DNA of 64,000 nt, taken from Neodothiora populina (lineage: Eukaryota). Shown here piece by piece: positions 51,725 to 62,694 of the stretch (its first letter is position 1; each line of letters starts with the position of its first letter). The position numbers were made by a program, and so were the translations under genes. The notes below the pieces were generated by a model that did not search any database, was not told the origin of the DNA, and saw nothing but the letters and a program-made list of their open reading frames with translations. The stretch lies in assembly GCF_041146345.1 (NCBI RefSeq), contig NW_027191405.1, positions 434,001 to 498,000 on the forward strand, written 5' to 3'.

Positions 51725-53526
51725 TTATTTGTCTTTGCTAGCTCTCGATATTCTACTCTTAATACTGGAGTTTGAAGGCTTCTGGCTCAAGTCTCTGTCA
51801 GTGCTTGGGTCATCTAAAGCATGTCCCTTATCTTTTGATTCAGATGTCAGTTTTGATGCCACAACATCTAGACCACCTTTCTGCAGTGACTCGTCCATCT
51901 CAACAAGCTGTTGCGGCTGCTGCTGTTGCTTTTCGTCGCGTTCTTCCTTTCTCTGTAAGCCCTTATCCTTGACGAAAATATTACACAACAGCGCAACCCC
52001 AATCACCGGTGTGCAGAAGATAAACACTGTGCGACTAGCATCTGCGTATGCATCTTCGATAGTGATCCTATCGGCGCGGCTGAACGTATCAAGATCAGGC
52101 AATGCGAACGTGGAAGCTGCAATATACTGCAGCTTCGCAGGCAAGCTGCTTTGCAAGACGTTACCAGTCAGTGCTGAAGATATGGCAAGACCAACAGCAC
52201 CACCAAGGGACCGCAAGAGGTTGCGATTTGAAATGATGACTGCTCGTTGCGCTTTACTACAATGCGCTTGTAGTGCCACAATCGTCGGTTGGAATGTGAA
52301 TCCGACGCCAACCCCAATGAGTATCAGGAAACCACAGATGGTGCCTGCAGTAGTCTGCCGATCGCACAAGATTAGCAAACCGGCTCCCAGTGTCCAGATG
52401 CCAAATCCCGCCCAGAGCAGCTCGCCATAGCGGTTCATTCGAGATAGATATTGGCCGCCTATGACCGAGAAGATAGATTGAGAGAGCACCAAAGGCAAGA
52501 TCAACACCGCCGACATAATGATACTGTACCCGTGTACATTCTGGTAATAGATCGGGAGGTAGTATAGGTAGCTGTAATAGCACACACCGAGCAGAAAACT
52601 CTGAAGAAGCATAGCTGCTACAGATGGCTTACGATACATATCAACTATATCTTGATGAGTACCAATACCAAAACGTAGACAGACTTAGACTTACGTGGCA
52701 TCATGGGTAGCTTCGCAATCTTCCACTCCACCAGGACAAATACAACAGCACATACACCACCAACTGTCAGCATGGCGATAACCTCGGGCGAACCCCAAGG
52801 CTTCTCGTGGCCCCCCTCAGATATGGGGATTAGTATAAGTATGATAGCCAGAGAACCGAATAGCAAACCAAGGAAATCAACTTTACGAATTGTCTCTCTG
52901 AAGTTGACTTTTGGCATGGTGGAGGGCAATACCACATAAGCCAGCGCCGCCGCGCAGAGTGCCAGAGGCGCCAGAAGCCAGAAGAGGCCCCTCCAGGTTG
53001 CGTTTTCTGCGAAACCAGCCGCGATTAGTGGTCCCGCAGCGTTCCCAACTCCGATCATAGAACCCAGAATGCCCTGGTACTTTCCTCTCTGCTGTAGTGT
53101 GACAATGTCGCTGACGATCATATTCGTCAAGCTAACAATACCACCATTTGCTACACCGGCGAGGCCACGGAAAACATATAGAACGGTCGAGTTTGCAGCA
53201 AGTGACACGATCAAGTCGCTGATACTCAAAAGTACCAGAGCAGAGAGGAAAATAATCTTGCGACCAAACAGGTCGGAAAGTCTGCCGTACAAAACCTGAA
53301 ATACGGTGTTTGCGATCAAAGCCGATGTGCCAGCCCAGGCGATTGTAGACTGAGCATTCAAGTCTTTTGCGATTGACGGCAAGAGTACACCGATGCCATT
53401 CTGATCAATGAAACAGACACAGAGGCATAGTGACATTGTGAAGAAGACTTTGAGAAGCTCGCGTAGTGGTAGTAAATTGGTCTGGTCATGGAGACCTGCC
53501 TCCAAGTCCTTGGTACCTTTTGCCAT
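51725..53526 (-). CDS. MFS transporter, 14-TMS drug:H+ antiporter (DHA2-like)
   Basis: LHDQTNLLP start, motif A GRLSDLFGRK, SDIVTLQQRGKYQG, WRGLFW, EWKIAKLPMMP; one intron near 52694-52645. Confidence 0.92.
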
Positions 53527-54099
53527 GCTGATGACGACGTTGATACTCGGTTCCTGGGTTAGAGATATGTACGTGATCACCTCTTGGATTTTTGTCTATC
53601 ATGTCTTCAACGAGTTTATTTCGAGCAAGAGACTGACGGTGTGTGTTAGCATTTTTGGCTGACTGACGGATCTAGATAGGCCATCTGCCTGCATATTAAA
53701 GATGGAAGGTGATGAGCGCAGTACGGTACTTGTGAGGTGTACCTCGCGCTAGTCTCTCTATGAACGGGCTGTCGTTGGGGCTCGCGTGCCGATTTCCCGT
53801 TCTCAGTGAGCGCGACGCCGCGCTCGGCTAGTGAAAGCGGTATACAGCACTTAGCCGTTTGAAGCTACGACACTTGCCCAGCTACATTACTATACTCCAG
53901 ATGCATCGCGCGTAATTCTCATTGGACATGTATACATGGGCTTGGCATGATCGATAAAGTGCTTGAAATCAAGGGAAACTCCAGTGTTGATGTTGCTTCT
54001 CTAGGAAGGATGAATCGCATTGACTGGGTGCTTACTTGGGATGCTCTTCAGACATTGGACATCTTTGATGGGCGTCTCCGCTGTTGCCAACTAAGTCGG

Positions 54100-55229
54100 T
54101 TAATCATAGGTCTCTTCGTACTCCTCCTGGTACTCTGCTTGCGCCTCCTCCATCTCCTTGCGCTTCTCGTACAAACTCTCCCGATCACTGCTGGAAACTG
54201 AAGATCCAGATCGAGTCTCGTCTGGTAGTGGAGCATTGTCATCAAAACCAGGTTGGTAACCTCCTGACGAGCCTCCATATCCACCATCCCCGTGGGGAGC
54301 TTCGCGTGCCTGCTCCGCTGCTCTCTCCTTCTCTTTCTCCTCGTCGGAGTCCTCGGCTAGACGTGATTGTTAGCACCTTCGGTAAGTGTTCTTTGGCATC
54401 ATAATACTTACTCATTTCATGAGCGATAAAGGCGCCACCAATACCGCCAAGAGCCAGACCTGCTGCAGCTCCCAACAAAGCATTCCCATGACCTTCCTTC
54501 TTCGGCTTTTGATCCCCGGAGAAGTATTCGGCTGCCCGAGTATCGTGACCGGGGTTGAAGGAGTCGGTCGAAGGAGGGATCGAAGGCATGTTGCCGCCAT
54601 AGCTAGATTGCTGAGGTGGTGGGTAAGCACCATACTGGCCCGAAGGAGTCGAGGCTGGCAGATCCCATTGGGTACGGCCTGTAGCTTGTTCGATGTAGTA
54701 GGCCCGGCCACGGTTGTGATCGAACTGTGTTGTCCAACCAGGGGGTAGTTGAGGGGGTGGGCCTGGCGGAGGGGCACCGTTTTGTCCGCACTGGGGCTGG
54801 CCATACTGCTGCTGGCCATATTGTTGTTGGCCATACTGTTGCTGACCGTAAGGTGCTGGTGGTTGTTGGTAAGGTTGACCGGGAGGAGGGGTTGCTCCGT
54901 ATTGATTGTGTGGGGGTTGACCGTAAGGTGCTGATTGCTGGTATGACTGGCCTCCCTGAGGTGAGTAGCCCTGGTGAGACTGATAGGAACCGGCACCTGG
55001 CGGAGGGTATTGCTGGCCACCTTGGTAGGGTGCTTCGTTGGGATAACCTCGAGATGCTACATGGTATCAGCAGAAAGCAATAGTACTTCATAGCTAAATC
55101 CACAGGCCAAAGGTAGGATAGAGGTTAAGTCCGAGCTCGTTCTATCAGGTACTCACCTTCGCCGGGACTCGTTCCCTGAGGCTGATCATCGCCATCGACC
55201 ATATCCTTGATTTTCTTGAAGAAAGACAT
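54100..55229 (-). CDS. WW-domain Pro/Gln/Gly-rich protein (Wwm1-like), 3 exons
   Basis: Exon 1 MSFFKKIKDMVDGDD...|gtgagt; exon 2 YQGGQQYPPPG... with LPPGWTTQFDHNRGRAYYIEQATGRTQWDLP (WW domain) and glycine-zipper-like LLGAAAGLALGGIGGA; acidic exon 3 ends EEYEETYD*. Largely absent from the supplied ORF track. Confidence 0.85.
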
Positions 55230-56368
55230 ATTGAAAGCAGTGTTTGATCACAATAGACAGGGCAGAAATGGAAAGTGGAAGTGAAGTGACAGGGACTGTT
55301 CTATTATATGTACCCTGTTGCTCCTGCAAGGCTTAGATCTATAGGAGGCACTTACTGCGGGCGTCCAGGCGCCAGTTCGTGGCATGCACGAACGATCTCC
55401 ACTATCGCCAAGTGGCAGATGAGCAACTCACATGGGATCCTATGGCTCATCAAATGATGCAACTTGTGCGAATATCAATCGCTATACCTCCGTACATTGG
55501 TGAGATATGCAGTATGCCGGCGGTATTCGGGTCTTGGCGTCATGCCGCGCCAAGAGAAAGATATTGTTCCATCTATGAGACGCAATCACAGCATTGCCCA
55601 GGGCATGGTCCCGATCGCTGCTGGATCTGCACTTGGGATATGACCTAGACGTAATGTGCGCTTGCACAATTCGGTGAGTGGCAGACTTTCGTTGTTGATT
55701 TGTGAGGGGTGGTCGTCGGACCCTTGAACGCATGCGTGCTTTTGCCCAGAGACTTGTTCCCGACAAGCATGTGGCTGTATTCGGGCGCTTGACTCTCAAT
55801 AGTAGCACAGTACACTTGTCCAACACATAATCTTGTTTCAAAGAGGGATTGTATATGAATATCGTGATGGCAGTCTATTAATTTAGTGATTCTCGGTTCA
55901 CGGGTTGTCACATCTCCTGGACATGGTGGCGGGGATGACACACGCTGCGTTCAAGATAGGAAATTGATTCCTACCGACGAGATCTGGTACTGAAACCGCT
56001 GGCCGGTGGTCAGGATATCCCTCGATTGTCCAAGAAGTTGAGAGACATTCGTGTTATCATCCATTACCACTGCAGATATGCTCCCGCCTCGTTGATGAAG
56101 AACGGATTGAGGTGTGACTCTATGTGTAGTTTTTGCAGTTGGGACAGGTTTTGTGCTCCTCTTCTTGTTACAGGATCAAGCGTCAGACTGCCCTAGAGGA
56201 TTGACAATCGACTTAGCGCTCCGTTGATTCCTGAGAAGGGAAATCGGACGTATTTGCGGATACCACCACTGGTAACTGTCTAGTCTCTTCTGAGCAATAA
56301 GATGCCAGTATACCAATTGTTCCTCTAACCAAAATCTTTCTGCTCGTATGTGGTAAGATATCCTATCC

Positions 56369-57013
56369 TCACAGCTTGGCTTTGGCTTTGTCCGCTTCGC
56401 CTACGCCACGTTTCGAGGACAATGGGGGCAATGCTTTCACGCTCATTTTACTCTGGACGAAAACCCCCTTTCCTTCGGCAAAGACCTTACCCTTGCCGTC
56501 TTCCAGCACGCCCTTGACGATACATTTCCTGCCCTTGATTGCAGCGATATGTACACGACAGAGCGCCAAGCAGGGCGTGCTCACGGGGGCTTTGAAGTCA
56601 ATGTTCAGATTGACTGTAGCATCTGCCTTGTGCGCTTGAGTGGCCCAGATACCCATGCATTGGTCAATGATGAGAGACACCAGACCACCATGGGCACGCC
56701 CTGTCATGCCATCAAGGCCCTGGCCAAGCGAGTACATCATGTTCATCTCAACTGGAAAGTAACGGTTTTCGGGCATGGGTAGTGTCACAATGTAGGCAGA
56801 GCGAATGGTGCGGTCGGTCCATAGTGTCTCGGAGAACATGCTGTTGTTGCAGTACTCGTAGAGCGGAGGCGGTGGTCGCCGATTCGGTGACACTGGGAAA
56901 GATGCATCTGGGTGGGAAAGAAGAGCGCGCGACCATTCCTCCTTTTGGAACTCGGTGATATCTTCCGGTCGAACGGGCTCGTTGACTCCCGGGTAGGTGG
57001 TTTCGCCTGCCAT
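56369..57013 (-). CDS. PaaI/THEM4-like hotdog-fold acyl-CoA thioesterase with PTS1
   Basis: LDGMTGRAHGGLVSLIIDQ (HGG motif), TVNLNIDFKAPV; C-terminus KAKAKL*. Confidence 0.88.
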   Translation of the reverse strand: MAGETTYPGVNEPVRPEDITEFQKEEWSRALLSHPDASFPVSPNRRPPPPLYEYCNNSMFSETLWTDRTIRSAYIVTLPMPENRYFPVEMNMMYSLGQGLDGMTGRAHGGLVSLIIDQCMGIWATQAHKADATVNLNIDFKAPVSTPCLALCRVHIAAIKGRKCIVKGVLEDGKGKVFAEGKGVFVQSKMSVKALPPLSSKRGVGEADKAKAKL

Positions 57014-57491
57014 TGTGCTTATGAAGACAAGGACACAGTATTGTCTCTTGTGTATGTCGTGCTCGAGAAGCACCAAGAAACTTTTTACTAATTCTTTCTA
57101 TGGATTGAACGACTGGCTCGAGGAAATCTGCTGGTTTACGGTTGGCCTTTGATCTTGCTTCGAATTATACAGAAAGAAGATGGCCTAATTTTGGAGAAGT
57201 GAAAGGTGCGAGGATTTATCAAGTTATGAAGGGGACGCTCAGACATAAGATAAGTGCAAGGATCAGCGTCGAAACTATACTACGCGACTCTAACGTCCGA
57301 GACTGTTAGGAGGGTATAGCATCTAAATATACCTTTCTGACTCCATATGATTTTCGGAGCGCGAGGGAGCGGAATAACACATATCGTGCACATTTTCATA
57401 TGATACCGCTCAGAACCACTATACTGTAGGAGTAACAGTGGAGCCTGCCTATCTACGGATGTACTCGTCTTAGTACGCAGCGGAATAGCCT

Positions 57492-57854
57492 CCTCGGGAG
57501 AAGGACAGCTTGCACGGTCGCCCTAATCTCGCCCAAGCCTTTGACTTCGGTGAAATCCACGGAGATGGCATCACAGTAATGCAGCGGGTAGGACCTGCAA
57601 GAAGCATGCCATATAAAATATCACGAGGTGACAAGACCCCTATCGAACCAATGACGGATTTTAATACTTTTATGAAACGCGCAGGCCTACCCACTGGTAC
57701 TGTAGGTTTGCACAAGCTTTTCGAAACTGGCAGACTGGGATCACTGAGGCTTGACCACGAAACGCACTTGTAGCCTGAGAACATGCCGCTCGTTTTCTTT
57801 CATCAGGTCCTGCGAGATAAGATTAATATCTTCCCCGGATCACATGGACCTCGG
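57492..57854. promoter_or_regulatory. Two CCTCGG (FarA/FarB-type) motifs in the thioesterase/isomerase divergent promoter
   Basis: CCTCGG at 57492-57497 and 57849-57854; matches the CCGAGG core known for Aspergillus nidulans FarA/FarB. Confidence 0.5.
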
Positions 57855-58135
57855 CTCGATTTCTCCCCCGCTTATCCACTTACCTCATCGGGTCAAGCAT
57901 AACCGCGATAGACTACAAACATTGTGAGATGGCATCCTGCCTAAGTAAGAGTAACTTCAAGGTCGGTAGAGAATCCAACAAAGCCAGTGTCGACCTGGGA
58001 CGTGGTCTTGTTATCATAGTCATCGCGTCTCCTCGACTTTGTCTCTTACAACATCATAACTCTCCAAGGGCAATTGAGTCTCGTGCTACTCTTGAGCTAG
58101 AAGAGTGATATTATCTCATCAGCAATCTATCAACC

Positions 58136-59026
58136 ATGTCGAATACTGTAGAGCAAGATGTGCTTTTCGAGACCCGCGGCAGAATCGCTGTCATTACGCT
58201 CAATCTTCCCAAGAAACTCAATGCCATGACTCAAGATCATTACTACAGAGTAGCAGTACTGATGCGGGAAATCGCCGAGCGCGACGACATCACAATCACC
58301 ATACTGACAGGCAACGGTCGTTTCTTCTCTGCGTAAGTGACACATTTGCGTTGTGTGAAAGGAATATACCTCATACGTGTGCTAATTGAAGAAACCCATA
58401 GTGGTGCAGATGTGTCCATCTCGCGCTCGACCCCAGAGAATGAATCCGTGCACCGACATTTCCTCAAGTCATTTGTAGCTAACAACCTCAACATCACGCA
58501 CGCCTTCTACACACATCCCAAGATCCTTATCACTGCTCTGAATGGTCCCGCGGTGGGTCTGTCAGCGGCATTGACCGCGTTCTCAGACTTCATATATGCC
58601 GCTCCGCACGCATTCCTTCTGACTCCCTTCACGTCCCTCGGCCTCGTAGCTGAAGGTGGCGCATCTCGCGCCTTTGTCTCGCGATTAGGCATCTCGAAAG
58701 CGAACGAGGCGCTGATTATGTCGAAGAAATTGACCGCTGAGGAATTGGTGGCGTGTGGCTACGTCAACAAAATCTTCGACACCAAACCTAATGAGCATGA
58801 GAGATTCTTGAACATGGTGTTGACAGAGGTCGATGATAGATTAGGAGCTCATCTGAATCAGGAGAGTTTGGTTAAGATCAAGGCGTTGATCAGACGGCCT
58901 GAGAGAGAGGTCATGGACGCGCAAGGTGTGGCAGAGGTCTTTGCTGGACTGGACAGGTTCGTGCAAGGCATTCCTCAGGAGGAGTTTAGAAAGATCGCAG
59001 CTGGCGAGAAGAAGCATAAGCTTTAG
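58136..59026 (+). CDS. ECI1: Peroxisomal delta3,delta2-enoyl-CoA isomerase (crotonase family)
   Basis: ITLNLPKKLNA, GNGRFFSA|GAD (intron 58333-58401), ALNGPAVGLSA, PFTSLGLVAEGGAS; C-terminus KKHKL* (PTS1). Confidence 0.93.
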
Positions 59027-59335
59027 GGCGTCTTTATTGTAGATGAACAATTGCGTCGATGGAGAAGACAATTCCGAAGATTTATGCTTTATCACGAGAG
59101 CCACACCTTGCAATGAAGCTGAAGTTACAAAGTTTTTGGTATAGTTGGTCATTCTTCTGCTATGTAGGATATGCATTCACTAAGGGTATCTCGAAACAAG
59201 CAAAACCACATCGCGTCGTCGACATCTGTCCATGCCCCACCTTCCCTGCGACATTCAATCTGCATCGTGTCTCGAACTCAATACTATGCCCGGCAGCTCA
59301 CTTTGGCACACATGAGCTCACAACGAAGCTCTGAA

Positions 59336-60343
59336 TCAAGCCTTACCATTTCTGCGTTTGTCCAGCCAACCAATAACCAAAGCGACGTCTTTAGCAATAG
59401 CATCTGGAATAGCCTGTTTCTGGACAAACATGGGCAGATTACCTTTGGCGTTACTGGCAGTCGCCATGACCCATTTGACGTGACCGTTGTCCTCCAGCTC
59501 GCATCTCTCCACCGAGGTGTACACGCCCATGGTGATGTCTTTCTTCTTCTGCATAGTGTCGCCTTCTTTCTTGTGACGGCCATTCGCGTACAAAGCAGTC
59601 TGAACTCTGGATATCTCGATGGGGATCTGTACGATAATAAAGCTGTTGGGCGTGACAGCTGTATTCTTCGCCTTTACCACCAGAACAGAGAATACTCGGT
59701 TTGTGAGAGGTGGCGGGATCTTGTGGGCCATTTCAAAGACTGTGGAGCATTAGTAACCTGACCTTACTATACGCTGTCGCGAGTTTGTCAAGGCGTTTCA
59801 CTCACTACCCATCTCAACTTTCTCCCAACTGCCCACAATGTTTCCCATCTTAGCTAGTTCCTCGTCCCAGCTAAGCACTCGATATGCATCGAATACATCC
59901 GGGGTATAGTCCATTTCATGCTGCGAATGATTGTCCAGTAGAGCCTCCTCGAACTCTTCCCAGTCTGCGGTCCCCGCCGCCTTCTCGCTCTTATGGAGAC
60001 TGCTGCGCACAAACCACGACTCACCGCTTTCCGTCCTCGCCTCGGCCGGCAGTCTTGCAGCCGATATTCTGTGTGCTGCAAGTTGGACTGTTGCCTTGGA
60101 AGGAGGAACAGTCTTCTGCGAAGTGCGGACCTTGATGACAGCCGGTATGTAACTTGTCACGAAACTGTTGCCTTCGGAAAGGGTGGAAATTATGAACGAT
60201 TTGAGGTCAGGCTGGTCCCCAGATGTCTGGTATGGCGCTAGATCTGGGTGTGCTGGTAGCTCAGATGCCGGATATTCGTGCAGGCGCACTTTAGACCCTA
60301 GGTCTGGGACTTCTAGTGTTCCGGTTCCCCTTCGAGCTGCCAT
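59336..60343 (-). CDS. DUF3074 family protein (START/Bet v1-like fold inferred), 2 exons
   Basis: WFVRSSLH, WEEFEEALLDNHSQHEMDYTP, PPPLTNRVFSVLV, GVYTSVER, VKWVMATASNAKGNLPMFVQ, IAKDV; phase-1 intron near 59804-59741. Confidence 0.82.
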
Positions 60344-60886
60344 TGCGAAATCTTTATAAAACTTCTTTCTTGTTTATTCAACGATTTATTTGAGTGGGTC
60401 ACTCGTGTCTGATAGCATGCACGACGAGGAAGTGTCTGATTGTCTCGAGCGTGAAGTTGTTCAAACGCTTCTGTGGCGAAAGATAAAAGCTCGCGGGGAA
60501 TAGATGTCTCTGAAAGAAGGACACGTAGGTATGCAAAGTGCTGACAGGATACTGAAGGCCTCTTACAACCGACTACCTGAACTGTATAAAGTGATCATCC
60601 ATCATCACCATCATCATTATGGCATTAAGTTCAATTTACAGGGTAAGGTGAGGTACGATTTGCTGACGATCTTGTGTAAACAATGGCGTCATAGTAACCC
60701 TGGCCACGCGACCACCCTACCTTTGCATACCTTTAAGGTACTTTTGCGACTGGGAGTTGACCTGCAGATTGCTGCCACGACACACTCTGATCTCCTACCA
60801 GGTGCAGTCGCATCTATATGGCTATCACCTAGCTTTGTGCTCAGTCTATAAATGGAGCCGTCCCAATATACACAACGGTCCAATAT

Positions 60887-60953
60887 CCGAGGACAATATC
60901 GGTCATGTGTTGCCAAGCTCGACTTCTTATCCGAATCTCCGAAAACTCCGAGG
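60887..60953. promoter_or_regulatory. Two CCGAGG (FarA/FarB-type) motifs in the DUF3074/esterase divergent promoter
   Basis: CCGAGG at 60887-60892 and 60948-60953, 115-180 bp upstream of the esterase ATG. Confidence 0.45.
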
Positions 60954-61067
60954 TCTCCACCAACAGACAGCTACAAGTACGATAGCTGTGGAAAGGAAGC
61001 CACCTGAGACACTTTGCCTAGGTACCTTCTGGTTATCCTCTCTCTAAACCACTACATTGTATCCGCA

Positions 61068-61967
61068 ATGTTGGGGATATTCTCGCGCATATTGCGCTAT
61101 CTCCGCCTGAAAGCGAATGTCTCGATCCTAAGATTCTTCACCTGGTGGCGCAACGGTATGCCAAAAGCGTTCCCAGATGCTGTCTTGCGTATTCCTTCCA
61201 GAGACGCTGGAAGAACAATCAAAGCAAATGTCTACCGACCAACTACCTCTCTAAGACCCTCTCCGGTCCTTGTCAACTTCCACGGAAGCGGCTATGTCTT
61301 CTCCTTGCACGGTTCTGATGATACCTTCTGTCGTAAAGTCAGTAATGAAACTTCGTACACTGTTCTCGATATCCAATACAGCCTGGCACCTGAACGTCCG
61401 TTCCCAGCCGCCGTCGACGACGGAGAAGACGTTGTGAAATGGGTCCTGCAACAACCAGATGCTTTCGACGCCAGCAGTATCAGTATCGGAGGCTTCAGCG
61501 CCGGTGCTGCTTTGTCCCTGGCTCACGCGACCGTGAACTTCCCGAAAGGCACTTTCAAATCTTTGATCTGTTTCTACCCACCCTGTGACCTCAGCGCTAG
61601 CCCAGAGGAGCGAGTGGCCAAAGTCCCTGACCCAGACGGCCATCCCATTCCTGCGGCGATAGATCGACTGTTCTCATCTGCTTACGTGCCTCTCGACATC
61701 GACCGCAAAGACCCACGAGTCTCGCCTTCTTTCGCGCCCGTGGAGAACGTGCCCGACAACGTCCTGATGATCACATGTGCACGTGACTCGCTGTGTCTCG
61801 ACGCCGAAGCTGTGGCAGCGAGAATCGAGGAAGCGGGCAAGACGAATGTCGTCAGGCGGAGAATGGCCAAGTGCGACCACGCGTGGGACAAAAATGCTCG
61901 TACCCCAGAGGAGGTCGCCGCGAGGGACGAGGCGTATGCTCTGGCTGTGCAGATGCTCAGCGCGTAG
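61068..61967 (+). CDS. Alpha/beta-hydrolase, HSL-family esterase/lipase
   Basis: NFHGSGY oxyanion motif, YSLAPERPFPAAVDD, GFSAG nucleophile, catalytic D (ARDSL) and H (CDHAWD). Confidence 0.9.
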   Translation: MLGIFSRILRYLRLKANVSILRFFTWWRNGMPKAFPDAVLRIPSRDAGRTIKANVYRPTTSLRPSPVLVNFHGSGYVFSLHGSDDTFCRKVSNETSYTVLDIQYSLAPERPFPAAVDDGEDVVKWVLQQPDAFDASSISIGGFSAGAALSLAHATVNFPKGTFKSLICFYPPCDLSASPEERVAKVPDPDGHPIPAAIDRLFSSAYVPLDIDRKDPRVSPSFAPVENVPDNVLMITCARDSLCLDAEAVAARIEEAGKTNVVRRRMAKCDHAWDKNARTPEEVAARDEAYALAVQMLSA

Positions 61968-62186
61968 ACTATTAGATCACAGGTGCTGGGGCATGATATA
62001 ACCATCATACAGTATGAATCTCTTGCTGTGCTATAAACCCGCAGCCACAAAAAACAGACCACCCCTGACACAAATGCTTTCCCTACACACACCTTGACCC
62101 CCAAAGAAATGCTCATAAATCCCAATATCGCGATCCGGCAAAAGAAGAAAACGAAGCCCAAGAGATGACCAAAAACAAAATATTGA

Positions 62187-62278
62187 TTCCGATGCGGGGA
62201 ATTGAACCCCGGCCTTGCCGGATCTTCTTGCGGTGTAGCAATGAGAGCGGCAAATCCTAGCCACTAGACCACATCGGA
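62187..62278 (-). tRNA. tRNA-Glu(CTC) with 20-nt intron
   Basis: Minus strand TCCGATG TG GTCTAGTGGCTAGGAT T TGCCG CT CTC A [intron] C CGGCA AGGC CGGGG TTCAATT CCCCG CATCGGA A; T runs downstream. Confidence 0.95.
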
Positions 62279-62694
62279 TTGCTGTGATTGTTCAAGCATC
62301 ACTGTAATATGTAGCAACATCGTGAAGCCAAATGACTAAAGGATAGATGGTGAGGTATCAAGACTGGTCCTACGATGTCTCCCTGATGGTAGTTGAGGCA
62401 TGAATTGTAGAACATGAGAGTGTAAGATACACTACTGTTCAAATCACGAGATGCATCAAGATATGGATCTTACTTCAAGGAGACAAATCAGTAACTCGAG
62501 GGGGAGGATGGTGGATTAATCCATCTATAGACCATTACGATAATGCCCCTGCATCCACATCTTCCAAGTTCATCCACATTTTTGTTTGCTCATCTTCTAT
62601 CGTCTATACAGTGCGCACCATCACTTCGTAATCTCTTTTCATAATCATTCATGGCGTGTGTGTAACATGGCACTCTGGCTCACGCAGCGTCTGG

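Noticed and set aside
59318..59338. Cryptic PTS1 by readthrough of the DUF3074 stop (TGA-FRASL*)
   Set aside because: The context is TGA TTC rather than the TGA CTA readthrough motif, and ASL is a weak PTS1 at best.
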